This document shows positions 1-11,010 of a stretch of 64,000 nucleotides of DNA, piece by piece. This DNA comes from Felis catus (Eukaryota). A model generated the notes under the pieces. The model was given only the letters and a program-made list of their open reading frames with translations, did no database searches and was not told the origin of the DNA. The stretch covers positions 60,390,001 to 60,454,000 of the forward strand of contig NC_058368.1 of assembly GCF_018350175.1 (NCBI RefSeq). Direction: 5' to 3'. The first letter of the stretch is position 1. Each line of letters opens with the position of its first letter. A program made the translations under genes and the position numbers.

Positions 1-1799
1 AGTTCTACTTGCTTTAGATTTCAATAACGTTGGTTAGTATTTACAAGATCTCATCACTATCATGAAAGAATTTCCTTGTTTATAATCTCTTTTAGGTTAT
101 TTCATGAGAGACCATAATTCTTGACTTAGCATTTTAATATTCTAAAGAAACCACACAACAATACACAAACGTAATATGATGAGATATCTTAAGAAATTAT
201 TTAATATAAGAATTCATCTGAAGAGTTGATAAAACACTAAAATGATAATTCCAGGTAATAATGAATATGAATTCACCAATGAATATGGCCAATTTCAAGT
301 GATAAGTATGCTAGTTGTGGTTTGAATTTAAATTTTATTAGGGAGGTATCAGATTATGTCCATAATTCACACTAATTATTGCCAAATGTATTACCATATA
401 TGAAACGTATTTTTGATTATACTAGATCATTAATAACTATAATATGCACACGTATGTTCACAAATATTTAGACACAGATTCTCAACTTTTCACATCCAAC
501 CGACTCAATCAAATAATGTTTAATTTAGTATCATGCCCTTAATTCAGGAGGGATCTATGTGATCAATCATTTCATTTTCTAGTTCCCCAAAGTGTTTATG
601 AAATCCTGTGCATTCTTTGGAGTATTATGTGAAACTGGGAATACATCTCATCTGACTATATTGTTTAGTATGGACTGAAACAGATATGTTTGCTCGTGTA
701 GGTGAAAGTCTTGGCTTAAATTTGATCCCTGTTACATGATTAATTTATTTCTTTTCTGGCCATAGTCAATATTCAAAGAAAATAAGAGTTCAAAGACTAG
801 CAAACGAGGATTTTCCTTATTTCTGTGATGTTTTTCCTCCGGAATTCTGTTTGGTCTCTGCATGTCACTGTATTTTCTCCAAATTCACTTTCCTGCACAG
901 CAGTTTATAGAGACACCTAGCGGTAAACCATCATGATGGCTTCTCAGGCTATCCTTAATATTGAGTAAATGGTAGAAAGTTGTCATCACTTATTTATTTG
1001 AACCACAAGAAATAAACTGGAATATTGTTTCTAACAAAACTATAACCTAAATTAATTGCTACCATGTTTAAAACTTTTTAGCTCAACAAATTTATTTTTA
1101 ATTAGGAAATAAATCCTTTAATTCGAAATCAAAAATTAAACTGAATTGTGATATTAAATACAATTTTGAAGATTTATGAAGCAATAAAATAATGAACTAA
1201 AACTATACTACAGCTATTTTGAAAATTCCAATAATTGATTAAACCATGTTATACCCAGAATTTCTATGGAGTTTGTCTACATCAAAAATTATGTCTGTGA
1301 TAGAACTTAATATTGATATGCCAAAAGTTTCCAAGTTTAAGTAATATGTAATTTTTAAAACATGAATATTTAACACATTCATTTAAAAATACAAAAGCAA
1401 TTTCATACCTTAAAAACAAATTTTCTAAAATATATAATGTTAGAAGATGATGACTAAATAAAATGTACGGTAACCAGACTTTAGTGGATGAAGTTTAAGT
1501 TCTCTGTTTATATAAAGTACCTGTGGCAAATGGCTCTCATTCCCCAGCCAAATGTTTCTAAATTTACAGGAAGTTCTGTTATAAGATTTTATTGTGTTAT
1601 TCAATGATGTTACAGATTACTTTGTTTCTCCCTCTCTTGTATATGCCTTGAATTTAAACAAAGTATGTATGGATTAACAAAAATATTTGCAAAACAGATT
1701 GAGAGGAAATTTCAAGAAATGCTGCAAAACCTCAGGAGGCTGCAATATTCACCACCTCTAGAAAACTCCTTCTAATTCAACACAGAGGATGTAAAAAGA

Positions 1800-1803
<4 letters not shown>

Positions 1804-1838
<35 letters not shown>

Positions 1839-1864
1839 ATATACATATACATATATATATATAT
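1804..1864. repeat. (TG)n followed by (TA)n microsatellite
   Basis: Seen directly. Confidence 0.95.
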
Positions 1865-3399
1865 AATCCTATCTTTAATCAAGATATTATACCACAATAG
1901 CATCCCAAACGTTACCAAGAAGGAGACAATATCAATTATGTTTAAGATGATCCCAAAAGAACATTAATTCATAATTAATCCCAAAATAAAATAGATGAAA
2001 TATATTTAAATGGTAAAACTTCCCGGTTATCCTAGGAACAGGCACATGTTCACTCAGCCTCCATTGGGCCACGTATTATGATCAACTTTTTTTCTATACC
2101 TGGGAAGGACTGCAGGTCTAAGTATTACAAACACTGGAAATATGCCTTATGAATGTAAAGACCCCCCCTCTGGGGTGGAGGTGTCTGGTTTCATCGGCAA
2201 GAGCCAGGAATACTTACTGTAGAGATGATGCTAGTGGAGTTTAGCAGATGACTCTTCAAGAAACTCGCTTTCTATCGAAACTGCATTTATTTAGGGGTCT
2301 CCAGCTTTTTAGTACACACCAAATGTATTCACAAACATTCTTTCTGAAAGTCGTTAACATTCCCTTGCATTGCCCAGACATACCTATAAAACGTAATTCT
2401 TAAAGAAAATAAAAAAAGCATTAGCGCCCTTGTTTGCAGCTAGGATGAACCACTCCCTCTTCCAGGGTCCTTTAGAGTTAAGTACAGAGACAGAAGCAGG
2501 GGCAGTATCATTCTAAATGGTGGGAGGAAGGCAGGCGATCAGCACAGGGCTGGAATCATCTGTCCCTGACCACCAACAAGCCTGGCACTGTCGGGGTTAT
2601 TTCCACTCCTCCCTTTTTCAATCCAAGGATTGCACAGTCCCACGCTCGAGTTACGCACAGGTTCCAAGACTCTCCGTCTCCCACGAATGTGACATCCAAG
2701 GGGGCTCCGATTGCGCCGCCCGAATCCAGGGACGCCTTCGCCCTCGGCTGCCATCTATCGGCCACCGAGCGCCCGCTTCGCCCCGGGCCCATCATGTCTG
2801 CTGCAGCTTGGCTCGCACCAGCGGCGCGACAATAAACAAGTGCATTGGACGGGGCCCTGCGCCCGCGCTGGAGCAGATGTCTCAGAGACCCCGGTGATGC
2901 TTACCGTGTTGCCACATCTTCAGCGCCCGGGAGGGAAGAAGCGATTTTCTCTGAGTATTTTAGAACCGCCAGGCTGCCGGGACACGCCACAGGCGTAAAA
3001 CAACGCTGCTCCTGTCCCCCCCCTAGGCCCCCTAAAGGATGTCGGAGATAGAGAGTTCCAAATAATGACGACCGTGCGCCGCATCTGGGGAAAGGATGAG
3101 AAAAACCTCTGCAAACACCGGGAGCGATGAAACTGCCAAGAGGATGCGGGAACCGTACAAATACTAATTAGGGGCCGCCGCGGCGGTGGACAGAGAGAGG
3201 GGACAGCGGCGGCGGGATCCCGGCGCGGTGGTCGCCACTACGCGGGGGGTGGAGGACGGCGCAGGAGCCGTAGCCACCCCAGGAGTAGCCAAGGGGCCGA
3301 TGCCACCTTTGCTCGCCCCCTCACTACCATGTACAGTGTGCGCTGCAAGAAGAAGGCGGGCGATGCATGCACACCCCCGCGCCCCGCTCCCTCTGGCTA

Positions 3400-4170
3400 G
3401 TCCCCAGGCGTGCGCCACTGACCAGGGGGGAATGTGGTGAAGACGGCGAGGAGGAGAGCTGAGGGGGGAGGGGAGGGGCGGCCAGCGCGAACCCAGGCCC
3501 GAGGGTTCGTGGAGCCGGAGGCTGGAGGGGGCGGCGGCTGCTGCTGGCTTGGAGAAAGTTGCCCCTTATGCAGATGGCAACTGTAAGTACCCGCCTGGGG
3601 AGTGCCGCGTTGGGTGCCCGGGACCCTGCGATCGCGCGGTGGAGCGGGTGGGAACGAGTGTGCGAGTGAGCGTGAGTGTGAACGGGAGCGATCACTCGGC
3701 GGGGCTGACCGTCACGTTGGAGGGGCCGGCGGTGCCTGGCAGCCTTCACGTCCCCTCCTCGGGTTCCGCGCCTCCCCCCCTCCACCAGCTCCCTCCCCGC
3801 CCCGCCCGGCTCCTGCTCCCGGCCCCTACCGCCAGGCGCCTCTACAGCCGGTCCTCCGCCGCCCCCTCCTCCTCCCTTCCTTATCGGCCGCTCGCGATCG
3901 CCCCCTTCTCCCCCCCCCACCCCGCTGCCCGCTTCGACTACCGCGGAGATTGCCGGGGAGAGCCGTTTGGGGAGCCCCGGAACCCGCGGTCGCCACCGCG
4001 GCGGCGGCCCCGGGCTGGCGGCGTCCGGGCGCCTCTTTCCTCCCGCCGCTCGGACCGCACAGCTCGCCGCCTTCTTGCCCTGCCTGGGCTCCGGAAACCC
4101 AATGCACACCCCAAAGAGGTATTTTTATAAGGGCGGCTATGATGAGTGGGCCCTGGAGATGTGAAACGGG
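3400..4170 (+). other. SLITRK5: Non-coding first exon (5' UTR) of SLITRK5; start approximate
   Basis: Ends at a strong donor, CGGG|GTAAGT (GT at 4171), inside the CpG island. The transcription start cannot be read from sequence. Confidence 0.7.
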
Positions 4171-4200
4171 GTAAGTCGACCGTTTACTTTGCAAAAGAGG

Positions 4201-4238
<38 letters not shown>

Positions 4239-6744
4239 CGTGTGGCAGCGGGATGGCTAGCATTCCCTCTCCTCCCTCCCCTCCTTCCTTCCCGTTCCCT
4301 TCCTTCGCTTTGGGGCGGAGTGGGGGAAGGGAGCCTCGCGTCCTGGAACTCCGGGTGCTTCTGCCTGGGCCGCTGTGGGAGCAGCTGTGCCCAGAGCCAC
4401 GGGTCGGGCCTGGGTGCTGGGCTCCAGCCCACGCAGCCCCACTCTGTGTAATGCAGGGATGTGCAGGGCGATGGTCTAGGGTCTAAATTCTTTGGGGGCA
4501 AATACAGTTCCTCCGCCCCCGTCCTCCAAAAAAAAAAAAAAAAAAAATCAGATAATCTGAGAATGTGCAACGCACTCGCGAATTTACATCGGAGGTGCGT
4601 TTCCCAGTCAGAATGTCAGCCCTCCTCGGCTCATTCAACTTTATTTTCTCAAATTTTCGGGTTCCTTTGATGGCAAGGGGGAGGGGAAAGAGAGTGGGGT
4701 GAGAGGAAGCTCTTCGACCCCGGCTACCCAGAACTGAATTAAAGTTGTAAACGCTCGAGTTTAATACCGGCTGGTCACAATTTGCGATGGGCTGTCTGAA
4801 AGGGAGGGAGGTGAATGGGGGCGGGGAAGTCGAGGGAAGGAGGGGGAGGGGACCCAACCCCCGCTGAATGGATGTGCAGATTTCATCCTGTGGAGAACTG
4901 AATTTTCAAGGTAAACGTTTTGCTTTCCATAGGGGGTGTTTTTTCCGCTTTTAAGCTAGGAGGCGTTTGCGGTTGCGTTGGGAGGTTGGAGATACTTGTG
5001 AAGCTTATACACTGTGATTCCGATTCGTCTCGACACGTCTGGGTTGGCCACACGTGAATGATTCTCAGGCACACTTGCACATGAGCGTGCGAATGCAGGG
5101 GCTCTTAATAACGCGGGTCGGAGTCGGCCAGGGGAGCGAGGCTTGAACCCGTGACTCAGAAACGTCTTGGCTTTAGTTTTGCTTGTGATTCGACATCAGA
5201 CTTCGGTGCTGATGAGGCAAAGGCCAGCTTGACTGGAGAAGAGGCATGGGTTCCCAGAGCCCAGCATTTTTACCCAATTCCCGCCTCCCCCCCCCCCCCC
5301 CCCCCCCCGCCGCAGCCAACACAACACGCACTCACACACTCTGACCATTTGTGTCCTTTCCCTTCTGAGTACCGCTGTCGACCCGAAGTAGCAAGTCCAA
5401 GGAAGCCTTTCCGAGGACAAAAAGAAATCCAGAAATAAAAGGGGGAGGGGGTCAGATCGATTCCTTGAGAAGATGAAATTCGGCTATTAAAGCACAGACC
5501 TATGTTACTTGCTGTTCTCCCTCCCTTTCTATTTCGCCTTTAATCAGCCCGAGTGCCTTTTTCTCTTGGGGGGGGGGGGGAGAAGAAAAGAAAAAGGAAA
5601 AACAAAGAAAGTAAAAAAAGGAAGGGGAGTAAAACACTGACACTTAAATGTAAGAAACAATTCCAAAGATGCTGGCGATGCCGGCGAGGTACTTAGTTGA
5701 GTCCAAATCCTGCTAATCCAGGAGCGTTAGTGTTACATTCCGTGGCAAACGGACGCGGAGCGGGAGGTAAGGGAGGTAAGGATGGTCCTCGGTTTACTTT
5801 TAGCTGATTCCCGGTAAGCGGCAGGAACGTCCTCTTTAAACTCCGGGTATCGGGAGGTGTTCCGGGATTGCGGATGCCTTCGCTGAGTTCTTTGTAATCC
5901 TTCGTGCAGAACTATTTCTGTGGCTTAGAGATGCGGTTTGGTAGCGTCGCTGACATGATCAATGAGGAGAAGTGGACGCAGGGCGCTCTCAGAGAAGCGC
6001 TGCTAAGTGGCACCGTGCATGCAATTAGGACGCTGATGTGCTTAAAAGCGTGGTAGTGAAGTCCACCATCAAAGGAACGCGCTCTCCTTTTTCTCCACAC
6101 TCAAAGCTCCTGAAGACAATTGGTGATTTAAGAGCTTCTTCTGGGTCCTTTTGATGCATTATCTTACATCTCTTTTTTGCCTCTGAAAAGTGTTCTTTAG
6201 GTTCCCACCCTGGCATTTCCAGCGACGGTTTAAAATAGCCCAAGTATTGTGACTCCTTGCTTTTCTGTGAAAATGGGAGACCTTCACGGTGAACTGTTAA
6301 CTGAGGAGGTTCTGAAAGAAAGGCAGACGGGTTTGCTATAGGTGAGGTGGGGAACCTTGTAAAATGGTGTTTCTTTTCTCTTAAATTAGAACCATGAAAC
6401 CGAACTGACAGCCATTTTATGTATATTTATGGATTGGTTTTGAAAAGAGGGGGGAGCAGGGAAAACACTAAAATGGGACTTTATCTAACCTGCCCTTCTC
6501 TTGTAAAGGGCAGCATATTTCTGTTGTACTCATTAGGAAATGAAATCAACCTTTAAATCAAAATGAGTATCAGATAATAATAAAGTCTGGAGAATGTCGG
6601 TGTTCCACTGGGGGGGGGGTGTCATTCATATCCCCTCCTTCTGGATTTCAGAGAAATAGTAGTAGGGAAGAGAGAGACTTTCTTCCCAGTCCCTTAAATT
6701 TTTGTCATATTATGTTGTTTCCTTTTCTCCTCTCTCCCTTGCAG
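4171..6744 (+). other. SLITRK5: Intron 1 of SLITRK5
   Basis: GTAAGT donor at 4171; polypyrimidine tract and TTGCAG acceptor ending at 6744, leaving 8 nt of UTR before the ATG. Confidence 0.8.
4204..4237. repeat. (GT)n microsatellite at the start of intron 1
   Basis: About 16-17 GT units, 33 nt downstream of the donor. Confidence 0.95.
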
Positions 6745-6752
6745 GAGGTAAA

Positions 6753-9629
6753 ATGCACACTTGCTGCCCCCCAGTAACTTTGGAACAGGACCTTCACAGA
6801 AAAATGCATAGCTGGATGCTGCAGAGTCTAGCGTTTGCTCTAACATCTCTCGTCCTTTCGTGTGCAGAAACCATCGATTATTATGGGGAAATCTGTGACA
6901 ATGCATGTCCTTGTGAGGAAAAGGACGGCATTTTAACTGTGAGCTGTGAAAACCGGGGGATCATCAGCCTCTCTGAAATTAGCCCTCCCCGTTTCCCAGT
7001 CTACCACCTCCTGTTGTCTGGAAACCTTTTGAACCGTCTCTATCCCAATGAGTTTGTCAATTACACCGGGGCTTCAATTTTGCATCTGGGTAGCAACGTT
7101 ATCCAGGACATTGAGACTGGGGCTTTCCACGGGCTGCGGGGTTTAAGGAGATTGCATCTGAACAATAATAAACTGGAACTTCTGCGAGATGATACCTTCC
7201 TCGGCCTGGAGAGCCTGGAGTACCTACAGGTCGATTACAATTACATCAGTGTCATTGAACCCAATGCTTTTGGGAAACTGCATTTATTGCAGGTGCTTAT
7301 CCTCAATGACAATCTCTTGTCCAGTTTACCCAACAACCTCTTCCGTTTTGTGCCCTTAACGCACTTGGACCTGCGGGGGAACCGGCTGAAACTTCTGCCC
7401 TATGTGGGGCTGTTGCAGCACATGGATAAAGTTGTGGAGTTACAGCTGGAAGAAAACCCCTGGAATTGCTCCTGCGAGCTGATCTCTCTCAAGGATTGGT
7501 TGGACAGTATCTCCTACTCGGCCCTGGTGGGGGATGTGGTTTGTGAGACCCCCTTCCGCTTACACGGCCGGGATTTGGACGAGGTGTCCAAGCAGGAACT
7601 TTGCCCAAGGAAACTTATTTCAGATTATGAGATGAGGCCACAGACGCCTTTGAGCACCACGGGGTATCTACACACTACCCCAGCCTCGGTGAATTCCGTG
7701 GCCACTTCTTCCTCAGCTGTTTACAAACCCCCCTTAAAGCCCCCTAAGGGGACCCGCCAACCCAACAAGCCCAGAGTGCGCCCCACCTCTCGGCAGCCCT
7801 CCAAGGACTTGGGCTACAGCAACTATGGCCCCAGCATCGCCTACCAGACCAAATCTCCGGTGCCTTTGGAGTGTCCCACCGCGTGCACTTGCAACCTACA
7901 AATCTCCGATCTGGGCCTCAACGTCAACTGCCAGGAGCGCAAAATCGAGAGCATCGCGGAGCTGCAGCCCAAGCCCTACAACCCCAAGAAGATGTATCTG
8001 ACGGAGAACTACATTGCGGTTGTGCGCAGGAGCGACTTCCTGGAGGCTACGGGGCTGGACCTCCTACACCTGGGCAACAACCGAATCTCCATGATCCAGG
8101 ACCGCGCTTTCGGCGATCTCACCAACCTGAGGCGCCTCTACCTAAATGGCAACAGGATTGAGAGGCTGAGCCCGGAGTTGTTCTATGGCCTGCAAAGCCT
8201 GCAGTATCTCTTCCTCCAGTACAATCTTATACGTGAGATTCAGTCTGGGACTTTCGACCCGGTCCCAAACCTCCAGCTGCTATTTCTGAATAACAACCTC
8301 CTGCAGGCCATGCCCTCAGGCGTCTTCTCAGGCCTGACCCTTCTCAGGCTGAACCTAAGGAGTAACCATTTCACCTCCTTGCCCGTGAGTGGAGTTCTGG
8401 ACCAACTCAAGTCACTCATCCAAATCGACCTGCATGACAACCCTTGGGATTGTACCTGCGACGTGGTGGGCATGAAGCTGTGGGTCGAACAGCTCAAAGT
8501 GGGTGTCTTGGTGGATGAGGTCATCTGCAAGGCGCCCAAGAAGTTTGCGGAGACCGATATGCGCTCCATTAAGTCGGAGCTGCTGTGTCCAGACTACTCT
8601 GACGTGGTGGTTTCCACGCCCACGCCCTCTTCCATCCAGGTCCCGGCGAGGACCAGCGCGGTGACCCCCGCGGTCCGGTCGAACAGCACCGGGGCCCCCG
8701 CGGGCTTGGGCGCGGGGGGAGGTGCGTCGTCGGTGCCCCTGTCGGTGTTGATTCTCAGCCTGCTGCTGGTTTTTATCATGTCCGTCTTCGTGGCCGCCGG
8801 GCTCTTCGTGCTGGTTATGAAGCGCAGGAAGAAGAACCAGAGCGACCACACCAGCACCAACAACTCCGACGTGAGCTCCTTCAACATGCAGTACAGCGTA
8901 TACGGCGGCGGCGGCGGCGCGGGAGGCCACCCGCACGCGCACGTGCACCACCGCGGGCCCGCGCTGCCCAAGGTGAAGACGCCCGCGGGCCACGTGTACG
9001 AGTACATCCCCCATCCACTGGGCCACATGTGCAAAAACCCCATCTACCGCTCCCGAGAGGGCAACTCCGTGGAGGATTACAAAGACCTGCACGAGCTCAA
9101 GGTCACCTACAGCAGCAACCACCACCTGCAGCAGCAGCCGCCGCCGCCGCCGCCGCCGCCGCAGCCGCAGCAGCAGCCCCCGCCGCCTCTGCAGCTGCAG
9201 CCGGGGGAGGAGGAGAGGCGGGAAAGCCACCACTTGCGGAGTCCCGCCTACAGCGTCAGCACCATCGAGCCCCGGGAGGACCTACTGTCGCCGGTGCAGG
9301 ACGCCGACCGCTTTTACAGGGGCATTTTAGAACCAGACAAACACTGCTCCACCACCCCTGCCGGCAACAGCCTCCCGGAATATCCCAAATTCCCGTGCAG
9401 CCCCGCTGCTTACACTTTCTCCCCAAACTATGACCTGAGACGCCCCCATCAGTATTTGCACCCGGGGGCAGGGGACAGCAGGCTGCGGGAACCGGTGCTC
9501 TACAGCCCCCCGAGTGCTGTCTTTGTAGAACCCAACCGGAACGAGTATCTGGAGTTAAAAGCAAAACTAAACGTTGAGCCGGACTACCTCGAAGTGCTGG
9601 AAAAACAGACCACATTTAGCCAGTTCTAA
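6753..9629 (+). CDS. SLITRK5: SLIT and NTRK-like family member 5, 958 aa, single coding exon
   Basis: The ORF from ATG 6753 ([21 protein letters not shown]...) has a signal-peptide-like segment, two LRR clusters with Cys caps (NPWNCSC, NPWDCTC), a TM helix ([25 protein letters not shown]) followed by KRRKK, and a Trk-like C-terminal [10 protein letters not shown] motif. The first 17 residues of the ORF-track entry (6702) lie upstream of this ATG and are mostly intronic. Confidence 0.98.
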   Translation: MHTCCPPVTLEQDLHRKMHSWMLQSLAFALTSLVLSCAETIDYYGEICDNACPCEEKDGILTVSCENRGIISLSEISPPRFPVYHLLLSGNLLNRLYPNEFVNYTGASILHLGSNVIQDIETGAFHGLRGLRRLHLNNNKLELLRDDTFLGLESLEYLQVDYNYISVIEPNAFGKLHLLQVLILNDNLLSSLPNNLFRFVPLTHLDLRGNRLKLLPYVGLLQHMDKVVELQLEENPWNCSCELISLKDWLDSISYSALVGDVVCETPFRLHGRDLDEVSKQELCPRKLISDYEMRPQTPLSTTGYLHTTPASVNSVATSSSAVYKPPLKPPKGTRQPNKPRVRPTSRQPSKDLGYSNYGPSIAYQTKSPVPLECPTACTCNLQISDLGLNVNCQERKIESIAELQPKPYNPKKMYLTENYIAVVRRSDFLEATGLDLLHLGNNRISMIQDRAFGDLTNLRRLYLNGNRIERLSPELFYGLQSLQYLFLQYNLIREIQSGTFDPVPNLQLLFLNNNLLQAMPSGVFSGLTLLRLNLRSNHFTSLPVSGVLDQLKSLIQIDLHDNPWDCTCDVVGMKLWVEQLKVGVLVDEVICKAPKKFAETDMRSIKSELLCPDYSDVVVSTPTPSSIQVPARTSAVTPAVRSNSTGAPAGLGAGGGASSVPLSVLILSLLLVFIMSVFVAAGLFVLVMKRRKKNQSDHTSTNNSDVSSFNMQYSVYGGGGGAGGHPHAHVHHRGPALPKVKTPAGHVYEYIPHPLGHMCKNPIYRSREGNSVEDYKDLHELKVTYSSNHHLQQQPPPPPPPPQPQQQPPPPLQLQPGEEERRESHHLRSPAYSVSTIEPREDLLSPVQDADRFYRGILEPDKHCSTTPAGNSLPEYPKFPCSPAAYTFSPNYDLRRPHQYLHPGAGDSRLREPVLYSPPSAVFVEPNRNEYLELKAKLNVEPDYLEVLEKQTTFSQF
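8600..9400. other. Intragenic CpG-rich segment with GGC/CAG/CCG repeats
   Basis: CpG density is high in the 3' part of the CDS; a (GGC)n run encodes poly-Gly and (CAG)/(CCG) runs encode the Q/P tract. Confidence 0.75.
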
Positions 9630-11010
9630 AAGCAGAGAAACTCCCTGGGAGCTTTTGCATTTAAAACAAACAAGCAAGCCGACACACGCGGTGAACGCAT
9701 TTGATTAATTGTGTTGTTTCAACGTTTAGGGTGAAGTGCCTTGGCACGAGATTCTCAGCTTGGGCGGAAGATACTGAAAGGGTGTGCACTTTCCTTTTAA
9801 TTTTTACACGTGGGGGAAACATTTGTGTAAACTGGGCACATCGATTTCTCTTCTCTTCTCTTCTTGTGGGGGAGGGGAGCAGAAGGGTTTACGGAGGGCC
9901 GTTTGCTGCGCAAGTGACTTGCTAACGGTCGCGGTTGTTCTTGTGGTGGTTGGAAGTGCCATTAAGAACGGTGGAAGATGGCAGCGCAGAGATTCTACTC
10001 TTCCTCTTTTGTTCCCTTTCCCTCCTCTTCTTCCCCGCGCCCCTTTAAGCCATGGGTGGGTCTAAATGGCTTTTGTGGAGAGATTAGCACACCCCAACTT
10101 TAGTAGAAAGTTTGTTCTCTCTCTGTCCTTCCCCCTCCCCCTCCTCTCTCTTTCTCTGCCTCCCTGCCTTCCTCCCTCCTATCTCATTACTTTTCCTTTC
10201 TTTTTAAAGGATGTGTTTGTATGCATTCTGGACATTTGAATTAAAAAACAAAAGTATTGTGATCTGGAAAATGATCACCATAGATGTGGACAAATCATTA
10301 AAATTACAGAGCTATATGATCCATAATTGATTAGTCAAAATAACTTATTGATGAAATATACAAATATTTTATTGTAGCACCTATTTTTATATACACATTT
10401 AGCATTTCTCTTTCCTTCACTATTTAGCCTATGATTTTCACAGAGGTGTCGCACTATATTAGGACCTGCATTTCCAAAACAGGAGTGATATCAGGAAGGC
10501 ATTTTAAATCACTAAAAATGTGGAGAACTTAATGGGAAAATCGCAAAGCCAATGCAACCCACCCGATTGGATCTGTCATTTAAAAAAAGAAAAAAATAAT
10601 AACGGATTGTATCCCAATGTATAAAGGAAAAACAATTAGGGCAATTAATTGGGCCATTTGAGTAAGAATCGTGTGCAAGTTTCTGGTTTTATTAGAGAAG
10701 ATTTAAAAGTATTTTTATTAGTCAACCAAAATGATGTATTGATTTGACTACTATTGTAGCCGATTTTTGATTGTTTAACCAAACCCAGTTGCATTTGTAC
10801 AGATCCACATGTACTGGCACCTCAGAAGACCAAATGATGGACTGTACAAATCTCTATACGATGTCTTTATCCCTCTGGGCAGCAAGCAATGATGATGACC
10901 ACAAACAGGATCTCTGTAAGATGGGGCTACTGTTGTTACAGTCTCATATGTATCCCAGCACATGTAATTTTTTAAATAGTTTCTGAATAAACACTTGATA
11001 ACTATGTCAA
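9630..11010 (+). other. SLITRK5: Proximal 3' UTR of SLITRK5
   Basis: Follows the stop codon, has no recognisable repeats, and ends shortly after AATAAA at 10986. Confidence 0.65.
10986..10991 (+). terminator. Candidate polyadenylation signal AATAAA
   Basis: Canonical hexamer preceded by TGTA motifs and a T-rich run, with a CA dinucleotide about 17 nt downstream. Confidence 0.6.

Larger units (their letters stand above)
2700..4450. promoter_or_regulatory. CpG island / promoter region of SLITRK5
   Basis: Very GC- and CpG-rich block with GC-box-like G-runs (e.g. ggaggggcgg at about 3472-3481) against an AT-rich background, upstream of the first splice donor. Confidence 0.85.

Noticed and set aside
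2383..2390. TATAAAA as a TATA box
   Set aside because: About 1 kb upstream of the likely exon 1, and common in AT-rich DNA.
2517..4570. Many overlapping ORFs up to 261 aa in the CpG island
   Set aside because: Low-complexity R/P/G/A translations, often with non-ATG starts; expected from stop-codon scarcity in GC-rich DNA.
6742..6747. CAGGAG tandem (NAGNAG) acceptor
   Set aside because: GAG is rarely used as an acceptor, and its use would not change the protein or the uORF stop.
6702..6752. 17-aa N-terminal extension of SLITRK5 in the ORF track
   Set aside because: Starts at TTG and runs through the intron's polypyrimidine tract and acceptor.
8240..9615. Antisense and alternative-frame ORFs within SLITRK5
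   Set aside because: Shadows of GC-rich codon usage; no recognisable protein features.
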